Shown in pieces: positions 48,401 through 59,121 of a DNA stretch of 64,000 nucleotides. Numbering within the stretch: position 1 is the first letter of the stretch; the number at the start of each line of letters is the position of its first letter. Source of the DNA: TPA_inf: Saccharomyces (Eukaryota); the NCBI GenBank assembly GCA_000146045.2, contig BK006941.2, positions 1-64,000 of the forward strand. The letters run 5' to 3'. Both the position numbers and the translations under genes were made by a program. A model generated the notes under the pieces. It did not search any database and was not told where the DNA came from. It worked only from the letters and a program-made list of their open reading frames with translations.

Positions 48401-48459
48401 GTATTTACGAGACTCTATCCGACAGTGAACGTAAAGTTCTTTCAGAAGCCCTTTTGTAG
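45445..48459 (+). CDS. KAP114: Importin-beta family karyopherin, 1004 aa
   Basis: 1004-aa HEAT/ARM-rich protein with an importin-beta N-terminal domain and an acidic C-terminal region. Length and position match KAP114. Confidence 0.75.
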   Translation: MDINELIIGAQSADKHTREVAETQLLQWCDSDASQVFKALANVALQHEASLESRQFALLSLRKLITMYWSPGFESYRSTSNVEIDVKDFIREVLLKLCLNDNENTKIKNGASYCIVQISAVDFPDQWPQLLTVIYDAISHQHSLNAMSLLNEIYDDVVSEEMFFEGGIGLATMEIVFKVLNTETSTLIAKIAALKLLKACLLQMSSHNEYDEASRKSFVSQCLATSLQILGQLLTLNFGNVDVISQLKFKSIIYENLVFIKNDFSRKHFSSELQKQFKIMAIQDLENVTHINANVETTESEPLLETVHDCSIYIVEFLTSVCTLQFSVEEMNKIITSLTILCQLSSETREIWTSDFNTFVSKETGLAASYNVRDQANEFFTSLPNPQLSLIFKVVSNDIEHSTCNYSTLESLLYLLQCILLNDDEITGENIDQSLQILIKTLENILVSQEIPELILARAILTIPRVLDKFIDALPDIKPLTSAFLAKSLNLALKSDKELIKSATLIAFTYYCYFAELDSVLGPEVCSETQEKVIRIINQVSSDAEEDTNGALMEVLSQVISYNPKEPHSRKEILQAEFHLVFTISSEDPANVQVVVQSQECLEKLLDNINMDNYKNYIELCLPSFINVLDSNNANNYRYSPLLSLVLEFITVFLKKKPNDGFLPDEINQYLFEPLAKVLAFSTEDETLQLATEAFSYLIFNTDTRAMEPRLMDIMKVLERLLSLEVSDSAAMNVGPLVVAIFTRFSKEIQPLIGRILEAVVVRLIKTQNISTEQNLLSVLCFLTCNDPKQTVDFLSSFQIDNTDALTLVMRKWIEAFEVIRGEKRIKENIVALSNLFFLNDKRLQKVVVNGNLIPYEGDLIITRSMAKKMPDRYVQVPLYTKIIKLFVSELSFQSKQPNPEQLITSDIKQEVVNANKDDDNDDWEDVDDVLDYDKLKEYIDDDVDEEADDDSDDITGLMDVKESVVQLLVRFFKEVASKDVSGFHCIYETLSDSERKVLSEALL

Positions 48460-48612
48460 CTTATATACATAAGCCGTGGAGATATCAGATGTAAAGTAGT
48501 TAGAGTAGAAAAAATGCGGCAAAATAAGCGCCGTCTATATAAAAGAAAGAAAGTGTTAAATAAACTGACCACAGAAGGTGGCAAAAATAATACGAGATTT
48601 AGAAGTCAGATA

Positions 48613-49365
48613 ATGGACCCGATTGGAATAAACAAAGTCTTGGACCATTTAGCACCCTCAGAGCTTATCAAACCTGTTAAGAGTTGCCATAATAAACCTT
48701 CAGTGTTGGTGTTGGATGACAGGATTGTGGATGCGGCAACCAAAGATCTCTACGTGAATGGGTTCCAAGAAGAGATTCAGTATCAGAATCCTACACCGGA
48801 GAACTTGCAACATATGTTCCACCAAGGTATTGAAATATTGGATTCGGCAAGGATGATCAACGTGACACATTTAGCGCTTTGGAAGCCTTCTTCTTTTAAG
48901 TTGGGGAATCCTGTGGACTTTGCTCTAGATGATAACTACGATACGTTTTGGCAGAGCGATGGAGGGCAACCACACCAATTGGACATTATGTTTAGTAAGA
49001 GAATGGACATCTGTGTCATGGCAATATTCTTTTCGATGATTGCGGACGAGTCCTATGCTCCAAGCTTAGTGAAAGTTTACGCGGGGCATAGTCCTTCTGA
49101 TGCGAGGTTTTATAAGATGCTTGAAGTGAGAAATGTGAATGGCTGGGTGGCACTAAGGTTTCTAGATAATAGGGAGGACGACCAGCTGCTGAAATGTCAA
49201 TTCATCAGGCTTTTGTTTCCAGTCAACCATGAAAACGGAAAAGATACACATCTGAGAGGCATAAGGCTATATGTTCCATCTAATGAGCCACATCAAGATA
49301 CCCATGAGTGGGCACAGACCCTCCCAGAAACTAACAATGTCTTCCAGGATGCTATATTACGTTAA
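48613..49365 (+). CDS. DOC1: APC/C subunit with DOC domain (Apc10), 250 aa
   Basis: The DOC-domain protein starts MDPIGINKV. The track ORF begins 33 codons upstream at another in-frame ATG (48514). Confidence 0.7.
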   Translation: MDPIGINKVLDHLAPSELIKPVKSCHNKPSVLVLDDRIVDAATKDLYVNGFQEEIQYQNPTPENLQHMFHQGIEILDSARMINVTHLALWKPSSFKLGNPVDFALDDNYDTFWQSDGGQPHQLDIMFSKRMDICVMAIFFSMIADESYAPSLVKVYAGHSPSDARFYKMLEVRNVNGWVALRFLDNREDDQLLKCQFIRLLFPVNHENGKDTHLRGIRLYVPSNEPHQDTHEWAQTLPETNNVFQDAILR

Positions 49366-49551
49366 TAATATGCCGTTTATGATATTTTCTTCCTTGCTAT
49401 TACCCTGCCTTTTGCTTTTTTTTTTTCACTTCAATTGCAGGGATTATGGAATAAAAAAAAAGTTGAAAGTAGTATAAACACAAGATCAAAAAGTGGCAAA
49501 GAGGACCCGCTCTGTTTATTGCTACTCAATTGTAGAAGAGAAAATAGTAGG

Positions 49552-52434
49552 ATGTCCGATTTGGAAACCGTAGCTAAATTTCTGGCCGAATCAGTTATTG
49601 CTTCTACCGCTAAAACTTCGGAAAGAAATTTGAGGCAGTTGGAGACGCAAGATGGATTCGGTTTAACTTTATTGCACGTTATTGCTTCCACAAACCTGCC
49701 GTTATCCACCAGATTAGCAGGTGCTTTGTTCTTCAAAAATTTCATCAAGCGCAAGTGGGTAGATGAAAATGGTAATCATTTGCTGCCGGCTAACAACGTA
49801 GAACTGATCAAAAAGGAAATCGTTCCTTTAATGATCAGTCTACCAAATAATTTGCAGGTCCAAATAGGAGAGGCAATTTCCAGTATTGCTGACTCTGATT
49901 TTCCTGATAGGTGGCCTACACTTTTGAGTGATTTAGCTTCCAGATTGAGTAATGATGATATGGTGACGAATAAAGGTGTCCTTACAGTGGCACATTCTAT
50001 TTTTAAAAGATGGAGACCTTTATTTAGATCAGATGAACTTTTTTTGGAGATTAAATTGGTTCTTGACGTGTTTACTGCTCCATTTTTGAACTTATTGAAA
50101 ACGGTCGATGAACAGATAACAGCGAATGAAAATAACAAGGCATCGCTAAATATTTTATTTGATGTATTGCTAGTATTAATTAAACTATACTACGATTTTA
50201 ATTGTCAAGATATACCAGAGTTTTTTGAGGATAACATTCAAGTGGGTATGGGTATCTTCCATAAGTATTTGTCATATTCTAATCCTTTATTGGAAGACCC
50301 TGACGAAACTGAACATGCGTCTGTCCTAATAAAAGTAAAGTCCTCTATCCAGGAGCTGGTTCAATTGTACACAACAAGATATGAAGATGTCTTTGGACCT
50401 ATGATCAATGAATTCATACAAATAACTTGGAATCTTCTGACCTCAATTTCAAACCAACCTAAATACGACATCTTAGTATCCAAGTCCTTGTCATTTTTGA
50501 CTGCAGTAACACGTATTCCAAAATACTTTGAAATATTCAACAACGAATCTGCCATGAATAATATCACAGAACAAATCATTCTGCCAAATGTTACACTACG
50601 TGAGGAAGATGTTGAACTTTTTGAAGACGATCCAATTGAATATATCCGTAGAGATCTGGAAGGTTCAGATACCGACACTAGAAGAAGGGCATGTACTGAT
50701 TTCTTGAAGGAATTGAAGGAAAAAAATGAAGTGTTAGTCACAAATATTTTTTTGGCGCATATGAAAGGGTTCGTTGACCAGTACATGAGTGATCCATCCA
50801 AAAATTGGAAATTTAAAGATCTTTATATTTATCTATTCACTGCATTGGCCATTAATGGGAATATTACCAATGCCGGTGTTTCATCCACAAACAACTTACT
50901 AAATGTTGTAGATTTTTTCACCAAGGAAATTGCCCCGGACCTTACTTCCAACAATATTCCTCATATTATTTTGAGAGTGGATGCCATAAAATATATCTAC
51001 ACTTTCAGAAATCAGTTGACCAAAGCTCAGTTGATTGAACTAATGCCCATTTTGGCCACCTTCTTACAAACAGATGAATATGTTGTCTACACGTATGCTG
51101 CCATTACTATTGAAAAAATTTTGACTATTAGAGAATCAAATACGTCTCCTGCTTTTATTTTTCATAAGGAAGATATTTCGAATAGTACAGAAATTCTTTT
51201 GAAAAATCTTATTGCATTAATCTTGAAGCATGGCAGCTCCCCTGAAAAACTAGCTGAAAACGAATTTTTAATGAGATCAATCTTTAGAGTTTTGCAGACG
51301 TCAGAAGATTCCATTCAACCTTTATTTCCTCAGTTGTTGGCACAATTTATTGAAATTGTAACGATAATGGCAAAGAACCCATCAAATCCAAGATTTACTC
51401 ATTACACTTTTGAATCTATTGGTGCCATCTTGAATTACACTCAAAGACAAAACTTACCACTACTTGTAGATTCTATGATGCCAACATTTTTAACGGTTTT
51501 CTCCGAGGATATTCAAGAATTCATTCCATATGTGTTCCAAATCATCGCATTTGTTGTTGAGCAGTCTGCAACAATTCCAGAAAGTATCAAGCCGTTGGCA
51601 CAACCTTTATTAGCACCAAATGTATGGGAATTGAAAGGTAATATTCCTGCCGTGACAAGGCTACTAAAGAGTTTTATAAAGACAGATTCATCGATCTTCC
51701 CCGATCTAGTCCCTGTTTTAGGTATTTTTCAAAGATTGATCGCATCAAAGGCTTATGAAGTTCATGGGTTTGACTTATTAGAGCACATCATGCTTCTAAT
51801 CGACATGAACCGCTTGAGACCATATATTAAACAAATCGCAGTTTTATTATTACAAAGATTACAGAACTCTAAAACAGAAAGGTATGTTAAAAAATTAACG
51901 GTATTTTTTGGTTTGATATCTAATAAATTAGGCTCTGATTTTTTGATCCACTTTATTGACGAAGTGCAAGATGGGCTTTTTCAACAAATATGGGGTAATT
52001 TTATTATTACCACATTACCTACTATTGGTAACCTGCTAGATCGTAAAATTGCATTAATTGGTGTTTTGAACATGGTTATAAACGGCCAATTTTTCCAAAG
52101 CAAATATCCAACTTTGATTTCAAGCACAATGAATTCCATTATAGAGACAGCATCATCACAAAGTATTGCAAACTTGAAAAACGATTATGTTGATTTAGAT
52201 AACTTGGAGGAAATCTCCACGTTTGGTTCTCATTTCAGTAAGTTGGTTAGTATTAGCGAAAAACCATTCGATCCTTTGCCTGAAATCGATGTCAATAATG
52301 GTGTGAGATTATATGTTGCTGAAGCACTAAACAAATATAATGCTATCTCTGGGAATACATTTTTAAATACCATTTTGCCTCAATTGACCCAAGAAAATCA
52401 AGTAAAATTAAATCAATTATTAGTTGGTAATTAA
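49552..52434 (+). CDS. CSE1: Importin-alpha export receptor (CAS/exportin-2), 960 aa
   Basis: MSDLETVAKFLAESVIASTAKTSERNLRQLETQDGFGLTLLHVIAS... is the CSE1/CAS importin-beta-type N-terminus. The track ORF starts at a TTG; the first ATG is at 49552. Confidence 0.85.
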   Translation: MSDLETVAKFLAESVIASTAKTSERNLRQLETQDGFGLTLLHVIASTNLPLSTRLAGALFFKNFIKRKWVDENGNHLLPANNVELIKKEIVPLMISLPNNLQVQIGEAISSIADSDFPDRWPTLLSDLASRLSNDDMVTNKGVLTVAHSIFKRWRPLFRSDELFLEIKLVLDVFTAPFLNLLKTVDEQITANENNKASLNILFDVLLVLIKLYYDFNCQDIPEFFEDNIQVGMGIFHKYLSYSNPLLEDPDETEHASVLIKVKSSIQELVQLYTTRYEDVFGPMINEFIQITWNLLTSISNQPKYDILVSKSLSFLTAVTRIPKYFEIFNNESAMNNITEQIILPNVTLREEDVELFEDDPIEYIRRDLEGSDTDTRRRACTDFLKELKEKNEVLVTNIFLAHMKGFVDQYMSDPSKNWKFKDLYIYLFTALAINGNITNAGVSSTNNLLNVVDFFTKEIAPDLTSNNIPHIILRVDAIKYIYTFRNQLTKAQLIELMPILATFLQTDEYVVYTYAAITIEKILTIRESNTSPAFIFHKEDISNSTEILLKNLIALILKHGSSPEKLAENEFLMRSIFRVLQTSEDSIQPLFPQLLAQFIEIVTIMAKNPSNPRFTHYTFESIGAILNYTQRQNLPLLVDSMMPTFLTVFSEDIQEFIPYVFQIIAFVVEQSATIPESIKPLAQPLLAPNVWELKGNIPAVTRLLKSFIKTDSSIFPDLVPVLGIFQRLIASKAYEVHGFDLLEHIMLLIDMNRLRPYIKQIAVLLLQRLQNSKTERYVKKLTVFFGLISNKLGSDFLIHFIDEVQDGLFQQIWGNFIITTLPTIGNLLDRKIALIGVLNMVINGQFFQSKYPTLISSTMNSIIETASSQSIANLKNDYVDLDNLEEISTFGSHFSKLVSISEKPFDPLPEIDVNNGVRLYVAEALNKYNAISGNTFLNTILPQLTQENQVKLNQLLVGN

Positions 52435-52730
52435 CATGGTGTAGAGAATTATATATAGATGAAAATGGAGCTCTTTTGAATAGCTGTTTATATGTAGATA
52501 GAGTAAGCAAAAATGAAAAAAGAAAAGCACGTAAATACGATCGCAATATGGTTTCTTTTCCAGCGGAGTACATAGGTCTGTTAGAAATGAAACGAAACGA
52601 AACGAAACGAGATTGGTAAAAGTACATATACATATTGATTCAGATTAAATAGGCCATATGGATACCATGTGGTATAAGAGGGCACTTTTAGTTCTTTTAG
52701 GAATGATATTAACATTGGAATATTACAAAA

Positions 52731-53528
52731 TTATGTTTTTTTGTCTGCTGCAGCTGCGGTGGAAGTAGCATGCGGCTGTTCTTGTATTATTTTAGTAGTG
52801 ATTTTTTTATCCTCATGACTATCGTCAGGATCATCGCTAGCCCCACTTTTCTTCGATTTCATGGCTTTGATCTCAGCGGCTGTCAAGAACCTCCCACCTT
52901 CACCACGAGGTCTTCGCATCGCATGTTTATGTCGAGATTCGTGTAAGTATGGCTTTCGTTCTCTTGATATTCGTAGCTTTTCCTCTAGTTTAGCTCTTGC
53001 ATATCGCCTTTTCAAAATTCGGTAGTACTGCTTGGCATTAACATAAAATGGTTGCTCTGCTATAGCGGTTCCTAAAACATCGCTTTGCAAGTTTGGTTGA
53101 TTTTGGGTGTACTGGGCTTGAACCACCAATTGCTGCTGCTGCTGCTGCTGCTGTTGTTGCTGTTGTTGTTGATGAGGAGGAGGCGGTAAAGTAGTCACTG
53201 CAGAGAAACTAGTAAAGTCGGCAGATGGTTCCATCGTACTGACACTGGAAGATGTATACTGTGACTGTTGTTGTGGTTCCAAGGAGTCCATAACTCTATT
53301 CTGTGATGCCCGCAATCTGTTAAACAAAAACAAATCTTCTTCATTTGTAACCCGTTGATCTTCGCCTCTTGGAGAAGGCGCTTTTCCCATATCCAAGGGC
53401 ATCTCTATGGGCTTCTCTTGAAGAGAGGGACTGCGTGAAGCTGCTGCCGTTGATGTTGCAGCCGCTGTATCAGATTGCAGATCTGTTTCTAATGGATGAA
53501 ATTTCGCATCCGTTTCGTCTGCTGACAT
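52731..53528 (-). CDS. HAP2: CCAAT-binding complex subunit (NF-YA homologue), 265 aa
   Basis: Conserved NF-YA core [58 protein letters not shown], plus a polyglutamine tract. Confidence 0.92.
53129..53172 (-). repeat. Imperfect CAG/CAA trinucleotide repeat encoding Q14 in HAP2
   Basis: The plus strand reads caattgctgctgctgctgctgctgctgttgttgctgttgttgttg. This is (CTG)7 interspersed with TTG, giving [16 protein letters not shown] on the coding strand. Confidence 0.85.
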
Positions 53529-53786
53529 GGCGTTCTTGTTCCTCTTCCAAAAAGAAATGCTTTTCCAAATACAGATGCGATTAGTAAATCAAATTATAAA
53601 CGACAGTGAGTTGCCCTTTTGCAAGTACCTTCAACACAAACACTTTATTTATTCATCGAGGTCCCCTTGTAAGGGAGAATTAATGTTACGATACAAGAAG
53701 TTTTCCGGGTAAGATTGCTAAATAACGAATTTGATGGTTACATACAATGAATTATTTACATATACAAGCTAACGATTAAAGGATAT

Positions 53787-55796
53787 TTACATGACTGGTT
53801 GGCTTGGCTTCCGTGCCACACGGTAGAGTTCAAATAGGGCTGCCGCAGTGATACCTTGAATCCGTCTTGCTTGGCCTATGGTCAATGGCTGTACGCGGTT
53901 CAAGAGTAGTTTGCATTCAGTGGAAAGCGTGGGTAACTGACGGTAATCGTAATCTTGCGGCAACAGCATATTTTCGTCTGCCTGAAATGCCTTCACAAAC
54001 TGGTTCTGTTTGACAATGTAAGGTTCGTATTTACCTTGAATGTTAATTTTGGTGACAACATGCATTGGGATGTCCAGCAAATTAATGGGTAAATCGGGAA
54101 TGCACTCGTAGAGTTTATGTAGATCCATATCTTTGAATCTGAATATTTCCCAAGCAGATCTGTTTTCAGCCTGTGGCGCGATATTAGCCTGTAGTAAGCT
54201 AGACCATTTTTGAGAGCTTAGCTTGAAATTTTGAAGCGCCCGTATTGTTTCATCATATAGGTGCTTGTCTCTTGAATATTGACTTAAACGGACAGGAGAT
54301 ATAATCCCTAGTTGAGCACCAATGGGCGTCAGTCTGAAGTCTGCGTTATCGGCTCTTACGCTGATTCTGAATTCTGATCTGGAAGTAAACATTCTATATG
54401 GTTCTATGACGCCATTATTGATTAGATCGTCAATGAGCACACCAATGTACGCTTCGGACCTTTTCAAGACCAATTGCTCCCGTTCTTGGCGCGATAGTAA
54501 TCCTGCATTGATACCTGCAATGATCCCCTGTGCAGCGGCTTCCTCGTAGCCTGTAGTACCATTTATTTGTCCGGCCAAGAATAGTCCATCCACCAATTTT
54601 GTTTCCAAGCTAGGCTTTAATTGCCGTGGGTCTACGTAGTCGTATTCCACGCCGTATGCCGGCTGCAAGATCTCAACGTTTGCCATGCCCGGGATGAGCC
54701 TCATCATTTGTAACTGGACATCCTCAGGCATAGAATTGGATATCCCGTTCGGATAAATGACGTCGGAGTTGAAACCTTCTGGTTCCAACCATATCTTATG
54801 GGAAGATCTATCAGGAAACCTTAGAATCTTAGCTTCGATGGAGGGACAATAGCGGGGGCCTTTGATGGTCGTGTCCTGAATATGAATGGATTGATGCAAG
54901 TTATTGCGCAAAAAGTCGTGCATTTGAGGTGTGGTATGTGTGCCAAAGCAATCCAGTTGCTTCGTGGGTTCGACTGACACGGTTTCATTCAGAAAACTCA
55001 TAGGGACAGGCAACGCATCTCCCTTCTGGACCTCCAGAGCGCTGAAATCAATGGATTCCTTGGCCAGCCTAGCCGGAGTGCCTGTTTTCAAACGCCCTAA
55101 CTGAAAGCCCACCTCATTTTGTAGAGTATTGCTGATCCCATATGTTGGCTGCTCGCCAATTCTTCCTGCTGCAATACGCTTGTCGCCGATGTGAATTTCT
55201 GCACTGAGAAACGTACCTGTAGTGATTATGACCTGATCTGCCCCAACCTGGGTACCGTCATCCAGAACCACACCTTTGATGACCTTGTGGCCACATCCGG
55301 GGTCATACAAGATCAAGTCAGCAACTTTGTTCTGCAGCAGAGACAAGTTGGGGTGTGCTTTCTTGTCGGAAAGTTCCCTTTGCATGTATTTCTTATATAA
55401 CTCTCTGTCTATCTGGGCTCTGGGCCCCCACACAGCAGGACCCTTGCTTCTGTTCAGCATTTTGAATTGCACTCCAGCGAGATCAGTTACTTTGCCCATC
55501 AGCCCATCGAGAGCGTCGATTTCCTTTACAAGGATGCCCTTACCCACTCCACCAATAGAGGGGTTGCACGAACACTTACCAATATCTGTTAACGATGGTG
55601 TAATGAGAGTAGTATGCGCACCAGTCCTAGATGACGCAGCTGCAGCTTCGCAGCCTGCATGTCCAGCACCGATGACCACGACCTGTGTCTTGGTTGTGGG
55701 TTGGAAGCTTGTCAAAGAAGATATGGTCAACCGCCTCCTGAGGACCTGTAAGGGAAATGAAGTACACGAAGACGCCAAGGTTGTTACACGCAGCAT
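53787..55796 (-). CDS. MTO1: Mitochondrial tRNA U34 modification enzyme (GidA/MnmG family, FAD-binding), 669 aa
   Basis: N-terminal mitochondrial presequence followed by the FAD-binding motif [22 protein letters not shown]. This is GidA-family homology. Confidence 0.8.
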   Translation of the reverse strand: MLRVTTLASSCTSFPLQVLRRRLTISSLTSFQPTTKTQVVVIGAGHAGCEAAAASSRTGAHTTLITPSLTDIGKCSCNPSIGGVGKGILVKEIDALDGLMGKVTDLAGVQFKMLNRSKGPAVWGPRAQIDRELYKKYMQRELSDKKAHPNLSLLQNKVADLILYDPGCGHKVIKGVVLDDGTQVGADQVIITTGTFLSAEIHIGDKRIAAGRIGEQPTYGISNTLQNEVGFQLGRLKTGTPARLAKESIDFSALEVQKGDALPVPMSFLNETVSVEPTKQLDCFGTHTTPQMHDFLRNNLHQSIHIQDTTIKGPRYCPSIEAKILRFPDRSSHKIWLEPEGFNSDVIYPNGISNSMPEDVQLQMMRLIPGMANVEILQPAYGVEYDYVDPRQLKPSLETKLVDGLFLAGQINGTTGYEEAAAQGIIAGINAGLLSRQEREQLVLKRSEAYIGVLIDDLINNGVIEPYRMFTSRSEFRISVRADNADFRLTPIGAQLGIISPVRLSQYSRDKHLYDETIRALQNFKLSSQKWSSLLQANIAPQAENRSAWEIFRFKDMDLHKLYECIPDLPINLLDIPMHVVTKINIQGKYEPYIVKQNQFVKAFQADENMLLPQDYDYRQLPTLSTECKLLLNRVQPLTIGQARRIQGITAAALFELYRVARKPSQPVM

Positions 55797-56264
55797 CGTT
55801 CTTTGGGGCGTTTAGCTGGTATTCTGCAGAAACTATTGGATGCCCTCAAGATTTAAGTGAAGAATTAAACCGCACTTATCCGTCTGTGAAAGATGCCACC
55901 ATACGTTACCAACCATAAAGAAAGTGGCCGCACACAGGTACCTTAGAGAAGCCACAAGGGCTCGATTACACGGTGGCGATCAAGAGCCATACAAAAGTAG
56001 AAGACCCCCGGATGAAGAAGCACCTCTTTGTACGTTCCTTCTGCAACGCCATATCTAAGTAACAAGAAAGAAGCCACAGCATTACTACAACCCCACACAG
56101 GGACAGACAGATATCATAAACTTGAATCTACTATATCATACTCTAATAACTACCTAAGCGTTAAGAAATCGTCTAATCTTCAACTGCCGTTGTTCATACC
56201 GTGACTAATAGTGGCAGTAAGCAGCTTTTTTTTTTTTTCAAAATTTTTCATTTTTTTTTTCAGT

Positions 56265-56302
56265 TGACTCGCCCCGTCGGTAGTGACAAGTGCCGACTGA
56301 CT
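56265..56302. promoter_or_regulatory. Two TGACTC (Bas1/Gcn4-type) boxes, about 32 bp apart, in the ADE5,7 promoter, just downstream of a long poly(dT) tract
   Basis: The sequence reads cagTTGACTCgccccgtcggtagtgacaagtgccgacTGACTCgtg, at about -215 and -185 from the ATG. It is preceded by t13...t10 (56227-56260). Confidence 0.5.
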
Positions 56303-56481
56303 CGTGTCCTGGTAATAACAGCAATAATGAATATGCGATGGGCTTGAACTTGGTATTTAAACTATGTTCAGAGGCAAGTGCAACCGCTGTTAACCGTCCC
56401 AGGAGCTACCACTAGTAGCGCAGTTATTTCTTATTACTTTCTTAATCATAGCTTAAGAGAACCATTCTCCCTCCCCTCACA

Positions 56482-58890
56482 ATGCTCAACATTCTCGTTT
56501 TAGGAAACGGTGCAAGAGAACACGTTCTTGTCACCAAGCTGGCTCAGTCACCCACCGTGGGTAAGATCTATGTCGCTCCAGGTAATGGAGGGACCGCAAC
56601 CATGGATCCTTCGCGTGTGATAAACTGGGATATTACGCCAGATGTCGCCAATTTTGCTCGTTTGCAGTCGATGGCTGTGGAACATAAGATCAACTTGGTC
56701 GTTCCTGGTCCAGAATTACCTCTAGTCAACGGCATCACCTCCGTGTTCCATAGCGTTGGTATTCCCGTTTTTGGACCTTCCGTCAAAGCCGCTCAGTTGG
56801 AAGCTTCCAAGGCTTTCTCCAAGAGATTTATGTCAAAACACAATATTCCAACCGCGTCTTATGATGTCTTCACTAATCCAGAAGAAGCCATTTCATTCTT
56901 GCAAGCTCATACTGACAAAGCTTTTGTCATCAAGGCCGACGGGATCGCTGCTGGGAAAGGTGTTATTATCCCATCTAGCATCGACGAGTCCGTCCAAGCT
57001 ATCAAGGACATAATGGTCACCAAGCAATTCGGTGAAGAAGCGGGCAAGCAGGTTGTGATAGAACAATTCTTGGAAGGTGATGAAATCTCTCTACTCACCA
57101 TTGTTGACGGGTACTCTCACTTCAATCTCCCCGTCGCACAAGATCACAAGAGGATCTTTGATGGCGACAAGGGCTTGAACACCGGTGGGATGGGTGCCTA
57201 TGCCCCCGCTCCTGTGGCCACACCATCTTTGTTGAAGACCATAGATTCACAGATTGTGAAGCCTACGATTGATGGGATGAGACGTGATGGTATGCCCTTT
57301 GTTGGTGTGCTGTTCACCGGGATGATTTTGGTGAAGGATTCTAAGACAAATCAACTTGTTCCCGAAGTGTTAGAATATAATGTCAGATTCGGTGACCCAG
57401 AGACACAGGCTGTTTTGAGTTTACTTGATGATCAAACCGATTTGGCGCAAGTGTTTTTGGCTGCTGCTGAACATCGTTTGGATTCCGTAAACATAGGAAT
57501 CGATGACACAAGATCTGCCGTTACTGTCGTAGTGGCTGCAGGTGGTTATCCTGAATCATACGCCAAAGGTGACAAAATTACCTTGGATACCGATAAATTA
57601 CCTCCACATACACAAATCTTCCAAGCAGGTACCAAATACGATTCCGCCACCGATTCTTTATTGACCAATGGTGGTAGAGTTCTTTCTGTGACCTCCACTG
57701 CTCAGGACTTGAGAACAGCAGTAGATACAGTATATGAAGCCGTCAAATGCGTCCATTTCCAAAATTCTTACTACAGAAAGGACATCGCATACCGTGCGTT
57801 CCAAAACTCAGAATCATCAAAAGTTGCCATCACATACGCAGACTCAGGTGTCTCTGTTGATAATGGTAACAATCTCGTACAAACTATCAAAGAAATGGTC
57901 AGATCCACAAGAAGGCCAGGTGCAGACTCTGATATTGGTGGTTTTGGTGGTTTATTCGATTTGGCTCAAGCAGGTTTCCGTCAAAACGAAGATACCTTAC
58001 TAGTAGGTGCTACAGATGGTGTCGGTACTAAATTAATCATTGCCCAAGAGACCGGGATTCATAATACTGTCGGTATTGACCTGGTGGCCATGAATGTTAA
58101 CGATTTGGTGGTACAAGGTGCTGAGCCTCTATTCTTTTTGGACTACTTTGCCACTGGTGCTCTTGACATTCAAGTTGCCTCTGATTTTGTGTCCGGTGTT
58201 GCTAATGGTTGTATTCAAAGTGGTTGTGCTCTTGTGGGTGGTGAAACTTCGGAAATGCCCGGTATGTATCCACCCGGCCACTACGATACTAATGGTACCG
58301 CTGTTGGTGCTGTATTAAGACAAGATATCTTGCCCAAGATAAATGAAATGGCCGCAGGAGATGTTCTTCTGGGTCTCGCCTCTAGCGGTGTTCATTCTAA
58401 TGGTTTCTCTTTGGTTAGAAAAATTATTCAACATGTAGCATTACCATGGGACGCTCCATGTCCATGGGATGAATCTAAGACGTTAGGTGAAGGTATTCTT
58501 GAACCAACAAAAATTTACGTCAAGCAATTATTGCCATCAATTAGACAAAGACTACTACTAGGTTTAGCTCATATAACAGGTGGTGGTTTAGTAGAGAATA
58601 TCCCAAGAGCTATTCCAGACCACCTACAGGCCCGCGTTGATATGTCAACCTGGGAAGTACCCCGTGTCTTCAAATGGTTTGGTCAAGCAGGTAATGTTCC
58701 ACACGATGACATTTTAAGAACCTTCAACATGGGTGTTGGTATGGTTTTGATTGTCAAGAGAGAAAACGTCAAGGCTGTTTGTGATTCATTGACTGAAGAA
58801 GGTGAAATTATTTGGGAGCTTGGTTCTTTGCAAGAAAGACCAAAGGATGCTCCCGGTTGTGTGATTGAAAACGGAACTAAGCTTTACTAA
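56482..58890 (+). CDS. ADE5,7: Bifunctional GAR synthetase / AIR synthetase (purine biosynthesis), 802 aa
   Basis: The N-terminal ATP-grasp GARS domain (MLNILVLGNGAREHVL...) is fused to the PurM-type AIRS domain (...GGLVENIPRAIP...). Confidence 0.92.
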   Translation: MLNILVLGNGAREHVLVTKLAQSPTVGKIYVAPGNGGTATMDPSRVINWDITPDVANFARLQSMAVEHKINLVVPGPELPLVNGITSVFHSVGIPVFGPSVKAAQLEASKAFSKRFMSKHNIPTASYDVFTNPEEAISFLQAHTDKAFVIKADGIAAGKGVIIPSSIDESVQAIKDIMVTKQFGEEAGKQVVIEQFLEGDEISLLTIVDGYSHFNLPVAQDHKRIFDGDKGLNTGGMGAYAPAPVATPSLLKTIDSQIVKPTIDGMRRDGMPFVGVLFTGMILVKDSKTNQLVPEVLEYNVRFGDPETQAVLSLLDDQTDLAQVFLAAAEHRLDSVNIGIDDTRSAVTVVVAAGGYPESYAKGDKITLDTDKLPPHTQIFQAGTKYDSATDSLLTNGGRVLSVTSTAQDLRTAVDTVYEAVKCVHFQNSYYRKDIAYRAFQNSESSKVAITYADSGVSVDNGNNLVQTIKEMVRSTRRPGADSDIGGFGGLFDLAQAGFRQNEDTLLVGATDGVGTKLIIAQETGIHNTVGIDLVAMNVNDLVVQGAEPLFFLDYFATGALDIQVASDFVSGVANGCIQSGCALVGGETSEMPGMYPPGHYDTNGTAVGAVLRQDILPKINEMAAGDVLLGLASSGVHSNGFSLVRKIIQHVALPWDAPCPWDESKTLGEGILEPTKIYVKQLLPSIRQRLLLGLAHITGGGLVENIPRAIPDHLQARVDMSTWEVPRVFKWFGQAGNVPHDDILRTFNMGVGMVLIVKRENVKAVCDSLTEEGEIIWELGSLQERPKDAPGCVIENGTKLY

Positions 58891-59121
58891 TCAACAATAT
58901 TAACTTTATAATAGATTCATATATGCGCGTACATATATTATATACAATTTTTCTACACAAGAATGCTTAATAAAGATACGATAATTTTTTGTTCGCTTTT
59001 ACTTTTCCGCATAATTCTTCCAGAAAAATACAATAATAAAAGGACAATTAATACCTTTAACGAGCGTAAAATAGTAGCAAGAGAATACTGTTGAGGAGTT
59101 GTAGCGAATTAGCTGTCAATA

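Noticed and set aside
49431-49754. 107-aa minus-strand ORF overlapping the CSE1 start region (YGL239C-like)
   Set aside because: It lies wholly antisense to the well-supported CSE1 N-terminus and promoter. It has no recognisable domain and is low-complexity. It is most likely a dubious ORF.
55276-55815. 179-aa plus-strand ORF inside MTO1 (YGL235W-like)
   Set aside because: It is antisense to the conserved GidA-family FAD-binding region of MTO1. An open frame on the opposite strand of a GC-richer conserved gene is expected by chance. It has no independent coding evidence.
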